DNA from: a virus
Direction: 5' to 3' (one strand)
IMG/VR virus record: IMGVR_UViG_3300045988_066911
Location: 1 to 55,882 of that record
Length of the DNA: 55,882 bases
In this document: positions 1-9,008 of the stretch, piece after piece
How the letters are laid out: every line of letters begins with the position of its first letter
How positions within the stretch are numbered: position 1 is the stretch's first letter
Notes under the pieces: generated by a model
What the model was told of the DNA's origin: nothing
What the model saw: only the letters and a program-made list of their open reading frames with translations
The model's database searches: none
Position numbers and translations under genes: made by a program

Positions 1-55
1 ACTTATCCTTGATTGCGGAATACCGATTAAGGAGATTAAGAAAGGCTTGAATTGG
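1..55. repeat. 55-bp terminal direct repeat, identical to 55828..55882 (circular-contig overlap)
   Basis: Read directly: acttatccttgattgcggaataccgattaaggagattaagaaaggcttgaattgg occurs at both ends of the window. Confidence 0.95.
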
Positions 56-658
56 AATATAAGAAACGTGATTGGCTGCATAGTCAGTCACGTCCATTCC
101 GATCATAGCAAGTCGGTTAAGGATTTTGAGAATATGGGAATACCTGTATTTGCACCATATATAAGCGAAAAACCTATGAAAAATGGTAATGGAGATTTTA
201 GAGTACAGTCATTTGACCTAACAACATTAGATGGAAGATGGACACACACAAATGCAGATGGTAGCGAATGTCCTTGCTATGGATTTCTGATAACTCACCC
301 GGAAATGGGAAGAATGATTTATGCGACCGACACAGAATTGATTAAGTGGAAATTCAAAGGGATAAATCATATTCTCTTAGGCGTGAACTATGACAAGGAT
401 TTAGTTGATATGGATAATCACAGCAAAGCAAGTCATGTATATAGCGGTCACATGAGCATTGACACAGCTTGTGATTTTGTTAATGCAAATGATTCAGACA
501 GCTTGCAGAACGTCATAATGTGTCATTTATCAAGCGAAAATGCTGATAAGGATAGTTTTATCGAGAAGATGAAAAAAGTTGCTTGCGGGGTGAATGTAGA
601 TGTTGCAGAACAGGGCAAGAGTTGGATTTTAAACAATCCCAGCAAGTGTCCGTTTTAG
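2..658 (+). CDS. MBL-fold metallo-hydrolase, 3' part; the 5' part is 55757..55882 across the circular junction
   Basis: HxHxDH motif (SHVHSDHSKS). The reading frame is continuous with the ATG at 55757 through the terminal repeat. The TTG at 47 in the ORF track is an artefact of linearisation. Confidence 0.8.
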   Translation, partial: LILDCGIPIKEIKKGLNWNIRNVIGCIVSHVHSDHSKSVKDFENMGIPVFAPYISEKPMKNGNGDFRVQSFDLTTLDGRWTHTNADGSECPCYGFLITHPEMGRMIYATDTELIKWKFKGINHILLGVNYDKDLVDMDNHSKASHVYSGHMSIDTACDFVNANDSDSLQNVIMCHLSSENADKDSFIEKMKKVACGVNVDVAEQGKSWILNNPSKCPF

Positions 659-670
659 AAAGGAGATTAT

Positions 671-1288
671 ATGAGTTATAGTAGTTTATATGGAATTAAA
701 GCTGATTATACAGGCGAAATACTTTGTGAGTATAAAAATTCTTGGTGGTTTAGTCCTGTTGTATGGAGTGTACTTTCGGACAAGACACTCCCTAAAGTTA
801 TGGGATATATTCAAAGTGTTATTGGAATGCACGGTGCAGATGTTTGGAAGAAAATAAATACAAAAATGAACAATTCCACAAATACATCAGACCGAATTTG
901 CTGGGAATTAAGCAATCAGCAGATTTTCTTTACAAGAGACAAAGATTGTATTGCTTACAATATCCGAAAATTTGTTGAGCAGAATAAGGGCTATGATAAA
1001 TCTGATGAGGATAATTTATCAGTGTTAGAAAGAGAACATATTATTGAAAGATTTAACGAAATTGCAGATAACATATCCACTTTAGATGAGAAAGAATATC
1101 CTTATTTTGTTTTTAAAAATACTTCTGTTGACGATAGTGTGGAATCTTGGTTCAGTGTTTATGATGAAGAAACAGATGATTATGTTGATAAATCAATGAA
1201 AGATTGGGATAAGTTCTTAGCGGAATTTGTAATCATTGAAAATGAACAAATCAAGAATTTCATTTCAAATAGAGACTTTCAATATTAA
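671..1288 (+). CDS. hypothetical protein
   Basis: ATG preceded by an AAAGGAG RBS; 205-aa ORF in a co-directional operon; no recognisable motif. Confidence 0.6.
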   Translation: MSYSSLYGIKADYTGEILCEYKNSWWFSPVVWSVLSDKTLPKVMGYIQSVIGMHGADVWKKINTKMNNSTNTSDRICWELSNQQIFFTRDKDCIAYNIRKFVEQNKGYDKSDEDNLSVLEREHIIERFNEIADNISTLDEKEYPYFVFKNTSVDDSVESWFSVYDEETDDYVDKSMKDWDKFLAEFVIIENEQIKNFISNRDFQY

Positions 1289-1391
1289 ATTTCGAGGTAC
1301 AGCGAACAATTAAGGAAATTATTACCCTGCGTGGTAGAAAGGAGCAGGATTTGGAAAAGATATAGACAGGTTTACAGTCAAAGACTTCCAT

Positions 1392-1583
1392 TTGGATTGT
1401 TTTGAAGATGGAGAAACTATACTGTTTTGCGATTATGAATCAAATGATAGGACTTTATCTGGTCAAATTGATGTAATGGAATTTGGCAAAACAGTATTCC
1501 TCACAAAATCCGAAGCCGAAGCAAAGCTGAAAGAATTACAAGGCAAAGTTTCTAACTTTGAAAACTTTGATGCAAGGAGATGA
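1392..1583 (+). CDS. hypothetical small protein (start uncertain)
   Basis: Only a TTG start is available in frame and there is no clear RBS. The C-terminal TKSEAEAKLKEL motif recurs in the 7588..7956 product. Confidence 0.4.
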   Translation: MDCFEDGETILFCDYESNDRTLSGQIDVMEFGKTVFLTKSEAEAKLKELQGKVSNFENFDARR

Positions 1584-1587
1584 TTAA

Positions 1588-2184
1588 ATGAGCCATTGGA
1601 AAGAAAATGATTGCGTTGGATGTCCGCAAGGGTGCATTCATTGCGGTAGGCAGTATGACTACTACGTGTTTGAATGTGAAAGATGCGGGAAAACATCTTC
1701 GGAAGAATATGATTATATTCATGACGGAGATAACGATTACTGCAAGGAGTGTTGGGAAGAAATGGAGCGTGAGGAAGATATGAGAGTTGATGGATATTGT
1801 GCAAAAGCAATCGACAATGAAACACACGATTGGGTAACAGGCGGACTTGTCGTACAGGACTGGAAAGACAACTTCGTATTCATTATCGAGAAGTTTGAAG
1901 GAGCCTGCTTTATGCGATCTGCAAGAGAACTTCTCATGGATATGGCACACATTATCAACAAAGATACGATTTGCCGGTGTACCGGATGCAGAGACACAGA
2001 TGGAGAACTTATTTATGAACACGATATTTGCGAAGATAAGAACGGCAAGCGGTATGTGTGCCGGTGGATTGCAAGTGCAGCGTGTTTCGAGTTCAAATGT
2101 AAAGAGACAGGAATTTCATACGAAATGACGTATGCAGAGGATTTCATTGTCAAGGGCAATGAATATGATGATTTAACATATTAG
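1588..2184 (+). CDS. YopX-domain protein with N-terminal Cys-rich (zinc-ribbon-like) region
   Basis: C-terminal TICRCTGCRDTDGELIYEHDI pattern is typical of YopX; N-terminal CxxC pairs; AGGAG RBS. Confidence 0.7.
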   Translation: MSHWKENDCVGCPQGCIHCGRQYDYYVFECERCGKTSSEEYDYIHDGDNDYCKECWEEMEREEDMRVDGYCAKAIDNETHDWVTGGLVVQDWKDNFVFIIEKFEGACFMRSARELLMDMAHIINKDTICRCTGCRDTDGELIYEHDICEDKNGKRYVCRWIASAACFEFKCKETGISYEMTYAEDFIVKGNEYDDLTY

Positions 2185-2201
2185 AGATGGAGGTATTAAA
2201 C

Positions 2202-2633
2202 ATGAACAAAGTAATTTTGATGGGTCGATTGACCCGCGACCCGGAAATCAGATACACACAGGCATCAGAACCGTTGGCAATCGCAAGATATACACTTGCA
2301 GTTGATCGTAGATTTCAGAGAAAAGACAATTCTGGGAACGAACAGAACGCAGATTTTATTAGCTGCATTGCTTTCGGAAAGAACGTTGAGTTTGCAGAAA
2401 AGTATTTGAAGCAGGGGACAAAGATTGCGATTGTAGGACGCATCCAGACAGGAAGTTACACGAACAAAGACGGAAATAAGGTTTACACGACAGACGTTGT
2501 TGTCGAAGAACACGAATTTTGCGAAAGTAGACAGGGCGGCAACACACAGGATGCGCCGAAGCCGATGCCTTCTGATGCTGGATTTATGGATATTCCAACA
2601 GGATTGACAGGCAACGATTTACCATTTAAGTAG
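2202..2633 (+). CDS. ssb: single-stranded DNA-binding protein
   Basis: MNKVILMGRLTRDPEIRYT OB-fold start and acidic tail ending DLPFK. GGAGG lies 8 nt upstream of this ATG, so it is preferred over the track start at 2187. Confidence 0.9.
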   Translation: MNKVILMGRLTRDPEIRYTQASEPLAIARYTLAVDRRFQRKDNSGNEQNADFISCIAFGKNVEFAEKYLKQGTKIAIVGRIQTGSYTNKDGNKVYTTDVVVEEHEFCESRQGGNTQDAPKPMPSDAGFMDIPTGLTGNDLPFK

Positions 2634-2676
2634 AAGTTGATAAGTGGTGGGCGGTAGGGATAAAGGAGAGTGAAAA

Positions 2677-3015
2677 ATGATTTCAGATGGAATTATTGCA
2701 GGCGCAAAAGCCGTATATCCGTCAAGTTTTATATATCGAGGAATCTTTTCTTTTGAATCATTCAGAGAAATTAAAAAGTTTTGCGATGTAAAACCCATGA
2801 GAATGTATACGGATGGCACTTGTGACTACATTATTAGATATCGAGAAGAAAGCGAAATCGTGAATACTGACGAGCAGAATCAGTACAATCAAGGCGTTGA
2901 CGACGTTGTACAGGCGATTAAAGACCTTGTGAACGAAAACCCATCGGATTGCTTTGCGCAGATTGTATCTGATTTAGACCAGATAGCAAGCGACTTAAAG
3001 GAGTGTGATGCATAG
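2677..3015 (+). CDS. hypothetical protein
   Basis: AAGGAG RBS; 112-aa ORF; no motif recognised. Confidence 0.55.
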   Translation: MISDGIIAGAKAVYPSSFIYRGIFSFESFREIKKFCDVKPMRMYTDGTCDYIIRYREESEIVNTDEQNQYNQGVDDVVQAIKDLVNENPSDCFAQIVSDLDQIASDLKECDA

Positions 3016-3609
3016 GTGGCTACGAATTTAAGACAGGTGTATGCGATTGAGAAGAAGAACAAAGAACGACTTCTCAAAGTAAATCCTAAGTTGAATGACA
3101 AGAGTGGTATATATTTCTTGCTTCGAGAGGATGAAAACGGATTCAAGTTTGCGTACATCGGGCAGGCGGTACATGTAATCAGCAGATTGGCAAGTCATTT
3201 ATCCGGTTATCAGCAACACATAGATTTAAGTATTAGATCGCACGGATTGTACGATGCAGAGAAGAACCCTTATGGTTGGCGAGTTGAATTTATGAATCTT
3301 CCGGCTTCACAACTTGACGAAGCGGAAAAGAAGTATATCCGATTATACGCCGATAAAGGTTATCAGCTTAGGAACGTCAGTTTAGGCGGTCAAGGAGAAA
3401 ATCGTGCAAACGGTTCAATAGGCGATAGAAAGGTACCTAAGGGCTATATGCAAGGCATACAGCAAGGTAAAAAGAACCTTGCAAGGGAATTATCCAACAT
3501 TGCAGAAAAGCACCTTAAAATCGAATTAAGAGAAGATAAGGTAAACAATAAGGTATCGCAGAAGCAGTATGAGAAGTTTATGGATTTATTGAAAGTGGGT
3601 GAAAAGTAA
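3016..3609 (+). CDS. GIY-YIG family nuclease (free-standing)
   Basis: SGIYFL...YIGQA...R..H...E..YI pattern of the GIY-YIG domain; GTG start directly after the previous stop. Confidence 0.65.
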   Translation: MATNLRQVYAIEKKNKERLLKVNPKLNDKSGIYFLLREDENGFKFAYIGQAVHVISRLASHLSGYQQHIDLSIRSHGLYDAEKNPYGWRVEFMNLPASQLDEAEKKYIRLYADKGYQLRNVSLGGQGENRANGSIGDRKVPKGYMQGIQQGKKNLARELSNIAEKHLKIELREDKVNNKVSQKQYEKFMDLLKVGEK

Positions 3610-3905
3610 TGCTGATACCAACAGTTAAAGCTAAAGAGTTTGAGAAGTTCGGCTTTAAGAAATGCAAGGGCGAATATGGTAAGCAAGGCTGTTATTACTT
3701 GTGTGTATCAAGAGGTGTAAAAATGTTTTTTGTGAGTGATGCGTATTTTGGCGTTAATGATTGGAGTGATAATGACCCAAGAATCCACAAAGACGCTAAT
3801 TGCAGATACAGAGACCGCAGGACATATCTTGATATTATCTACGAGTTAATCAAGGCGGATATGCTTAGAAGCGATTGTGTGAAAGTGGGTGGTAATGATG
3901 AATGA
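3609..3905 (+). CDS. hypothetical protein
   Basis: TAATG stop/start overlap with the upstream gene; 98 aa. Confidence 0.55.
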   Translation: MLIPTVKAKEFEKFGFKKCKGEYGKQGCYYLCVSRGVKMFFVSDAYFGVNDWSDNDPRIHKDANCRYRDRRTYLDIIYELIKADMLRSDCVKVGGNDE

Positions 3906-4152
3906 AAAAGACCATAAAGCTGATTTTAGCTTTATAACAAGAATGTTAGAAGAAGATAGAAAAGCTGGGTATGAACACGGATATTCAGTTGGTTACAACA
4001 AGGCTGTTGATGATTGCATTGAAGAACTCAAAAAGCGAAGAGACACACGCTATATGAAAGTAAATTGTGATGATGTAGAACTTAAAATGCTGGCAGAAAA
4101 GCTGAAAGGAGCAAAACAGAATGAAGATTTTAAGCAAGAAGAAATACAATAA
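3889..4152 (+). CDS. hypothetical protein
   Basis: ORF in operon context; the start could be GTG 3889 or ATG 3895. Confidence 0.5.
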   Translation: MVMMNEKDHKADFSFITRMLEEDRKAGYEHGYSVGYNKAVDDCIEELKKRRDTRYMKVNCDDVELKMLAEKLKGAKQNEDFKQEEIQ

Positions 4153-4399
4153 ACTCATTGATGATTTTGAGGAATTGCAGAAAAAGGTCGAGGAACTCAA
4201 AAGGATAAACGAGAGTCTTGGGAAAAAGCTGGAAGATAAAAAGACGAGTTGCAAAATGAATGGTGGAAGTGATTTCTGCTTTAATTGTGCAAATTCTTAC
4301 AGGTACAAAACATATTGGGGAACAACGGAAGTTGAGCGGTGTGGTTGCTTACTTGATGTACCTTGTGAGAGCTTTAAAAGAAAGGGGATTGGAGAATGA
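4121..4399 (+). CDS. hypothetical protein (coiled-coil N-terminus, Cys-rich C-terminus)
   Basis: 92-aa ORF overlapping its neighbours, as is typical of phage early operons. Confidence 0.5.
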   Translation: MKILSKKKYNKLIDDFEELQKKVEELKRINESLGKKLEDKKTSCKMNGGSDFCFNCANSYRYKTYWGTTEVERCGCLLDVPCESFKRKGIGE

Positions 4400-4536
4400 A
4401 TGATTGCAATGGCTGTAAATACGAAAACAGCACAGATATAGAGGTGCATTTAGAATTTTTCACAAATTGCAAAAGGGCTTATTCTAACGAAGAAGATAGA
4501 GAATTTCACGAAGATAAGTATGAAACTGTAGATTAA
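4396..4536 (+). CDS. hypothetical small Cys-containing protein (46 aa)
   Basis: ATGA overlap with the previous stop; MNDCNGCKYEN...; below the ORF-track length cutoff, so read manually. Confidence 0.35.
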   Translation: MNDCNGCKYENSTDIEVHLEFFTNCKRAYSNEEDREFHEDKYETVD

Positions 4537-4554
4537 AAATCAAAGAAAGGAATA

Positions 4555-4585
4555 AGGTTGTCCGGACATAAAACCTAGGTTTCCT
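4555..4585. promoter_or_regulatory. composite dyad element, copy 1 (AGGTT-GTCCGGAC-ATAA-AACCT-AGGTT)
   Basis: TTGTCCGGACA at 4558-4568 is identical to copies at 10568-10578 and 14031-14041. The flanks AGGTT and AACCT are complementary, and AAACCTAGGTTT at 4571-4582 is a second perfect palindrome. Confidence 0.6.
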
Positions 4586-4598
4586 TTTGGTAGATTTT

Positions 4599-5297
4599 AT
4601 GATTGCACATTGTTTATTTGAACAATCAGGGACTTTTAAAAATGAGTTTAAGAAACTTGGAATTGAATCTTATGATTACGACATTCAAAACGAATTTGGG
4701 GAAACTGATTATATTGTAGATTTGTTTGCAGAAATTAGGGGGGGGTACGAAGATAAACCCAGTATTTTTGACAAAATAAGCGAAGATGATTTGGTACTTG
4801 CGTTTTTCCCGTGCACATACTTTGAATGTCAAAGTCAATTATGGTTTTCTGGCAATAATTACTCGCAGAGGAATTGGAGCATTGAAAAGAAATGTGAAAA
4901 TGCGATAGAACGTCATAATATGTTGAATGAGTTTTATGTATTGCTTAATAAGTTGATTGTAAATTGCATAAGACGGAAAATAAAATGTGTTATAGAAAAT
5001 CCATATAATCAACCTCATTATCTTACGACTTATTGGTGTTTGAAGCCAGACTTAATAGATAAAGACAGGACAAAAGACGGAGATTATTATAAAAAGCCAA
5101 CTCAGTATTGGTTTATAAATTTTAAACCAAAAGACAACCTGGTTTTTGAACCTATCGATTATGTAGAAACAAAAATAATATCAAAAAGTAGGGTAAGTGA
5201 TGATGGGTTATCAGTAAAAACGCAACGATCAATGATACATCCTCAATACGCAAGCAGATTTATAAGGCAGTATTTAATAGATTGGAAGAGTGATTAA
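4599..5297 (+). CDS. putative DNA methyltransferase-like protein (C5-MTase-like motifs)
   Basis: FEQSG (AdoMet-site-like), FFPC (catalytic PC-like) and IENP (ENV-like) motifs in the canonical order. No clear RBS. ATG lies 31 nt after the dyad element. Confidence 0.4.
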   Translation: MIAHCLFEQSGTFKNEFKKLGIESYDYDIQNEFGETDYIVDLFAEIRGGYEDKPSIFDKISEDDLVLAFFPCTYFECQSQLWFSGNNYSQRNWSIEKKCENAIERHNMLNEFYVLLNKLIVNCIRRKIKCVIENPYNQPHYLTTYWCLKPDLIDKDRTKDGDYYKKPTQYWFINFKPKDNLVFEPIDYVETKIISKSRVSDDGLSVKTQRSMIHPQYASRFIRQYLIDWKSD

Positions 5298-5504
5298 ATG
5301 GTAAAACTACTATCACCGTGCATGGATTGTTATGATAGGTATATCGGTTGTCACGGTATATGCGACAGATATAAGGCATATACAGAAGCACATGAGAAGC
5401 TTAAAGAGAGTATTCGAAAGCAGAAATTTGTGCATAATTCTATAAAAGATATGCATAAGGAACAATATGAGCGGTACAAGAGAAATCGTCACAAAAATAG
5501 TTAG
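5298..5504 (+). CDS. hypothetical Cys-rich small protein
   Basis: ATG immediately follows the upstream TAA; 68 aa with CxxC...C...C. Confidence 0.55.
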   Translation: MVKLLSPCMDCYDRYIGCHGICDRYKAYTEAHEKLKESIRKQKFVHNSIKDMHKEQYERYKRNRHKNS

Positions 5505-5518
5505 GAGTGTGATAGAAA

Positions 5519-5917
5519 ATGAGCAAAAGCAAAGAAGAACAGGCGAGACGTGAGGGAATGTCTTATGCGCTTAGATACGCAAGAGAGCATGGTTTAGATG
5601 CCTTAGAATCAGACTTAAAGAAGCGTGGAGCATATAACATACCTGTACGGATTGATGATAAGGCATTGCAGGAGTTTACAGACAACGCCAAGAGCATGAT
5701 GCTTGACACGATTCTGATTCTGGCATCTGTAACACTGCATGATGAATTTGGTTTCGGTAGAGAACGCTTAAACCGGTTTAAGAAACGATTTAATTTCAAG
5801 GCAGAGTGTATCGGCGAAAACTATACAGATTGGAACGATCAGATATCAATATTAAAGGAAGAGTGCGGGTTGGAGTATTCAATTCGCATGAACGAAAAGG
5901 ATGTGAGATTAAAGTGA
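5519..5917 (+). CDS. hypothetical protein
   Basis: TAGGAG RBS; 132 aa. Confidence 0.6.
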   Translation: MSKSKEEQARREGMSYALRYAREHGLDALESDLKKRGAYNIPVRIDDKALQEFTDNAKSMMLDTILILASVTLHDEFGFGRERLNRFKKRFNFKAECIGENYTDWNDQISILKEECGLEYSIRMNEKDVRLK

Positions 5918-6198
5918 TTATTATTGATTCAAACATAGTGGATAAGAGCATTGAACATTATGGCTCTGATTTACAGACCGTTGTTTGCATGGAAGAGTGT
6001 TCGGAGCTTATACAGGCAATTAGCAAGATGAAGCGCGGCAAGGACAATAGAGACAATCTGATTGAAGAAATGGCGGACGTTATGATCTGCATGGATATTC
6101 TAAAGCAGGTGTATGGAGTATCTGATAACGAAATTCAGAATTATGTGTGTCAGAAACAGAATAGATGTATTGAAAGGATGAAGAGTGATGAATCATAG
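5914..6198 (+). CDS. MazG-like nucleotide pyrophosphohydrolase
   Basis: EECSELIQAISK...LIEEMADVMI pattern of the MazG/NTP-PPase fold. The GTGA start/stop overlap is preferred over the longer track ORF from 5806, which overlaps the upstream gene. Confidence 0.6.
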   Translation: MIIIDSNIVDKSIEHYGSDLQTVVCMEECSELIQAISKMKRGKDNRDNLIEEMADVMICMDILKQVYGVSDNEIQNYVCQKQNRCIERMKSDES

Positions 6199-6436
6199 GA
6201 GGTGGAAAAAGTCATATAAGAAGCGGTACGGAATACGACCGATTATCTTTCTCGACAAGAAGCGCAAGGATAAGGCTATGGCTATGATACGTGATCATAT
6301 ATCACAGGTTACGATCTACACGCCGGAGAATCAGTATTACTTGGAGATTGGATGCTATTACAACGAGACTTCAATAGATAGCAAGAAATCAATGCTTAAA
6401 GCGTGGGAAGGCGGTGTGGTAGATAATGACGATTGA
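6188..6436 (+). CDS. hypothetical protein
   Basis: ORF in operon; ATG 6188 (GTG 6185 is also possible). Confidence 0.5.
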   Translation: MNHRRWKKSYKKRYGIRPIIFLDKKRKDKAMAMIRDHISQVTIYTPENQYYLEIGCYYNETSIDSKKSMLKAWEGGVVDNDD

Positions 6437-6752
6437 TGAATCAATAGAAAGATTTAAAGCCTTGGCAGAAAAGGGGCATATTATATTTTCAAAAGACCCT
6501 GATATTGCTGAAAAATTAAACAAAGAATATAGGCAAGTTGCAGAATGGCTGGAAGAACTGAAAGCATACAGAGAACAGCATCAGACATTGTGCAATTCAT
6601 ACAATGTACACACCGTTGAAGATATTTACGATAAGGCGATTGACGATTTTATCAAAGCTGTAGATAAACAATGTAGGTATTACGCCGGAGAATGCAAGAA
6701 TCTTACGCGTGATGATCTTCTTAAAATTGCAGAAGATTTGAAAAATACATAG
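6426..6752 (+). CDS. hypothetical protein
   Basis: 108-aa ORF overlapping the upstream gene by 11 nt. Confidence 0.55.
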   Translation: MTIDESIERFKALAEKGHIIFSKDPDIAEKLNKEYRQVAEWLEELKAYREQHQTLCNSYNVHTVEDIYDKAIDDFIKAVDKQCRYYAGECKNLTRDDLLKIAEDLKNT

Positions 6753-6776
6753 AAATCTTTGAGGAGTGATTTATTT

Positions 6777-7586
6777 ATGGGAAACTTTGTAAAGATAGAT
6801 CGAAAGATTCTTGAATGGGAATGGTGGGATGATTTCAACACATTTAGGTTGTTTTTTTACATGCTTGTGTCTGCATATTGGAAAGATGGGTACTATAAAG
6901 GCGAACTGATCGAGCGTGGTTCTTTTCCATCTTCCATATCAAAATTGGCATCTGAAACAGGCTTAACAGATAATGAAATTCGCAACGCGCTAAAGCACCT
7001 TAAAAGCACAGGCGAAATCACAAGCAAAGCACATAGTAAATATAGCGTATTTACTATAAAAAATTACAATTTGTATCAATCAGATAACAAGCAAAAATGC
7101 GATGAAACCACAAGCACCGATGCAATCAAAATGCAATCAGATAACGAACAGATAACGAACATTCCTATTATAAAAGAAGTAAAGAATATAAGAAGTAAAG
7201 AATATAAGAATAATATAGGGGCGAAAACGACACATTATGACGATCCCGATCTTAATTCTGCATTCGCTGAATTTTTGGATATGCGTAAGAAGATTAAAAA
7301 GCCGATTGCTACGAAACAGGCACTTACGCGTATGAAAAATAAAATTGAAAGATTGTCCGGCGGAGATACCAGATTAGCGATTAAGATTCTGAATCAGTCG
7401 GTAGATCATTGTTGGTCGGATGTATATGGACTTAAAAATGATTATAGCAGCAGACATATATCCGAAGATGCAAAGTCTAAATCCGTAACCGATATGCAGT
7501 TAGATTCGCTTGCAGAACGTCAAAAACAGAGCGTTCCGATTATGAGCGATGAAGAAATAAATAAAATGTTTGGAGAGGAGTGGTGA
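6777..7586 (+). CDS. phage replisome organizer / DnaD-like replication protein
   Basis: N-terminal FVKIDRKILEWEWW...SISKLASETGLTDNEIRNALKHL winged-helix pattern is typical of replisome-organizer N-terminal domains. GAGGAG RBS lies 10 nt upstream. Confidence 0.65.
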   Translation: MGNFVKIDRKILEWEWWDDFNTFRLFFYMLVSAYWKDGYYKGELIERGSFPSSISKLASETGLTDNEIRNALKHLKSTGEITSKAHSKYSVFTIKNYNLYQSDNKQKCDETTSTDAIKMQSDNEQITNIPIIKEVKNIRSKEYKNNIGAKTTHYDDPDLNSAFAEFLDMRKKIKKPIATKQALTRMKNKIERLSGGDTRLAIKILNQSVDHCWSDVYGLKNDYSSRHISEDAKSKSVTDMQLDSLAERQKQSVPIMSDEEINKMFGEEW

Positions 7587-7587
7587 T

Positions 7588-7956
7588 ATGGAGAGATTAA
7601 CGAAGAAAAATGACAGTGGAGGTCACTACTATCCGAAATGCTTTGAAAAGTGTAACGGATTGGGGGCGAGTAGCAAATGCGATAACTGTGAGATTATGAC
7701 AAGTGTTTGCGAGAAGCTTGGAGATTATGAGGACTTAGAGGAGCAGGGCAGACTTGTTATTCTGCCTTGCAAATATGTGTATTTCATTGTTGATATCAAC
7801 AATCCTAAGTATGCAGCGGTTATGAAAAGACCTATAAGGGAACTTGCGATATATGAAATTGATGGCATTGACAAGAGCGGTTGCAAATATTTTTCCACAA
7901 AAGAAAAAGCCAAAGCAAAACTGAAAGAATTGAGGTGTAAAGGAAATGACAATTAG
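7588..7956 (+). CDS. hypothetical protein
   Basis: ATG overlapping the upstream stop region; C-terminal STKEKAKAKLKEL motif. Confidence 0.5.
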   Translation: MERLTKKNDSGGHYYPKCFEKCNGLGASSKCDNCEIMTSVCEKLGDYEDLEEQGRLVILPCKYVYFIVDINNPKYAAVMKRPIRELAIYEIDGIDKSGCKYFSTKEKAKAKLKELRCKGNDN

Positions 7957-8212
7957 CGAGTTTTTCAGAGAGAAATATTCAGCAAGAAAAGATAAAGACA
8001 ATATCTATGGTGTTGGAATGAGCGATACAGAGTTTCGCCATTTCATTATTCAATACTTGCTACCGGAAAATTGGCATGTTGTTGACCCAATAGGGCAGAC
8101 GCAAATCAACGAAATAGCTATCCACGAAATTCTGACTAGGCATTCCAAGAAGTTTAGAAAAGAACGCAAGAAATATTTGGAAGAATTGAGAGGTGTAAAA
8201 GATGGAAAATAA
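7946..8212 (+). CDS. hypothetical protein
   Basis: 88-aa ORF; AAAGGAA upstream. Confidence 0.5.
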   Translation: MTISEFFREKYSARKDKDNIYGVGMSDTEFRHFIIQYLLPENWHVVDPIGQTQINEIAIHEILTRHSKKFRKERKKYLEELRGVKDGK

Positions 8213-8465
8213 AGGATGCAACACATGTAAGCATGAACATTGTGACAATCAAGATTATCCGTGTAGCAAATGCTCACATGCATTCATTGACAAGTACGAG
8301 CCCAAAACCAATGCAGACAAAATTAGAGAGATGTCGGATGAAGAGTTGGCAGAATGGCTTGACACTATCACTGCGTGCCGGCACTGTGCATACGAAGTAG
8401 CTAGGTGTGGAGGAAAGAATTGTGTAAAAGGCATATTAAAATATCTTCAATCAGAGGCGGAATAG
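8202..8465 (+). CDS. hypothetical Cys-rich protein
   Basis: 87-aa ORF with several CxxC/CxxH pairs. Confidence 0.5.
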   Translation: MENKGCNTCKHEHCDNQDYPCSKCSHAFIDKYEPKTNADKIREMSDEELAEWLDTITACRHCAYEVARCGGKNCVKGILKYLQSEAE

Positions 8466-8473
8466 GAGAGAAC

Positions 8474-8917
8474 ATGGAAGATAGATATTTATTCAAGGCG
8501 AAGAGAGTTGATAATGGAGAATGGGTATATGGAGTTCCTTTTGAAATCGAAGGAAAAACCGTAATTCTTATAAGCGACAATGAAAATATATTAAGAGTTC
8601 ATTATTTGGAAGAAAATATGTGGGAGGCTGACATATATGCTATTGAAGTCAACCCGTCCACCATCTGCCAATGTACCGGCTTAAAAGACAAGAACGGCAA
8701 GCTGATTTGGGAGAATGATATTTGCGATAGAAAAGAACCATACCCAGAGATTGTAAAATATTGCAATGGGGACTGGACATTGGATTACAGTTATGCAATC
8801 CATAAGGAAAGTGGGGGTTGTTACTGTAACTTAGGATTTTATACGGAAGAAAGAAAATGCGTAGAAGTTATCGGCAATATATTTGACAATCCAGAGTTAT
8901 TAGAAAGCGAGGGATAA
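8474..8917 (+). CDS. YopX-domain protein
   Basis: YLFKAKRVDNGEWVYG...CQCTGLKDKNGKLIWENDI...VIGNIFDNPELLE is a classical YopX pattern. ATG 8474 with TAGGAGAG upstream is preferred over track start 8405. Confidence 0.75.
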   Translation: MEDRYLFKAKRVDNGEWVYGVPFEIEGKTVILISDNENILRVHYLEENMWEADIYAIEVNPSTICQCTGLKDKNGKLIWENDICDRKEPYPEIVKYCNGDWTLDYSYAIHKESGGCYCNLGFYTEERKCVEVIGNIFDNPELLESEG

Positions 8918-9008
8918 TATGACAGAGAGTGAAGCGATAGAAGAATAATCAGAAGTGATTTAGTTTACTGCCATCAGTGCGGACAGAAATTAGATTGGAG
9001 TGATGAAA

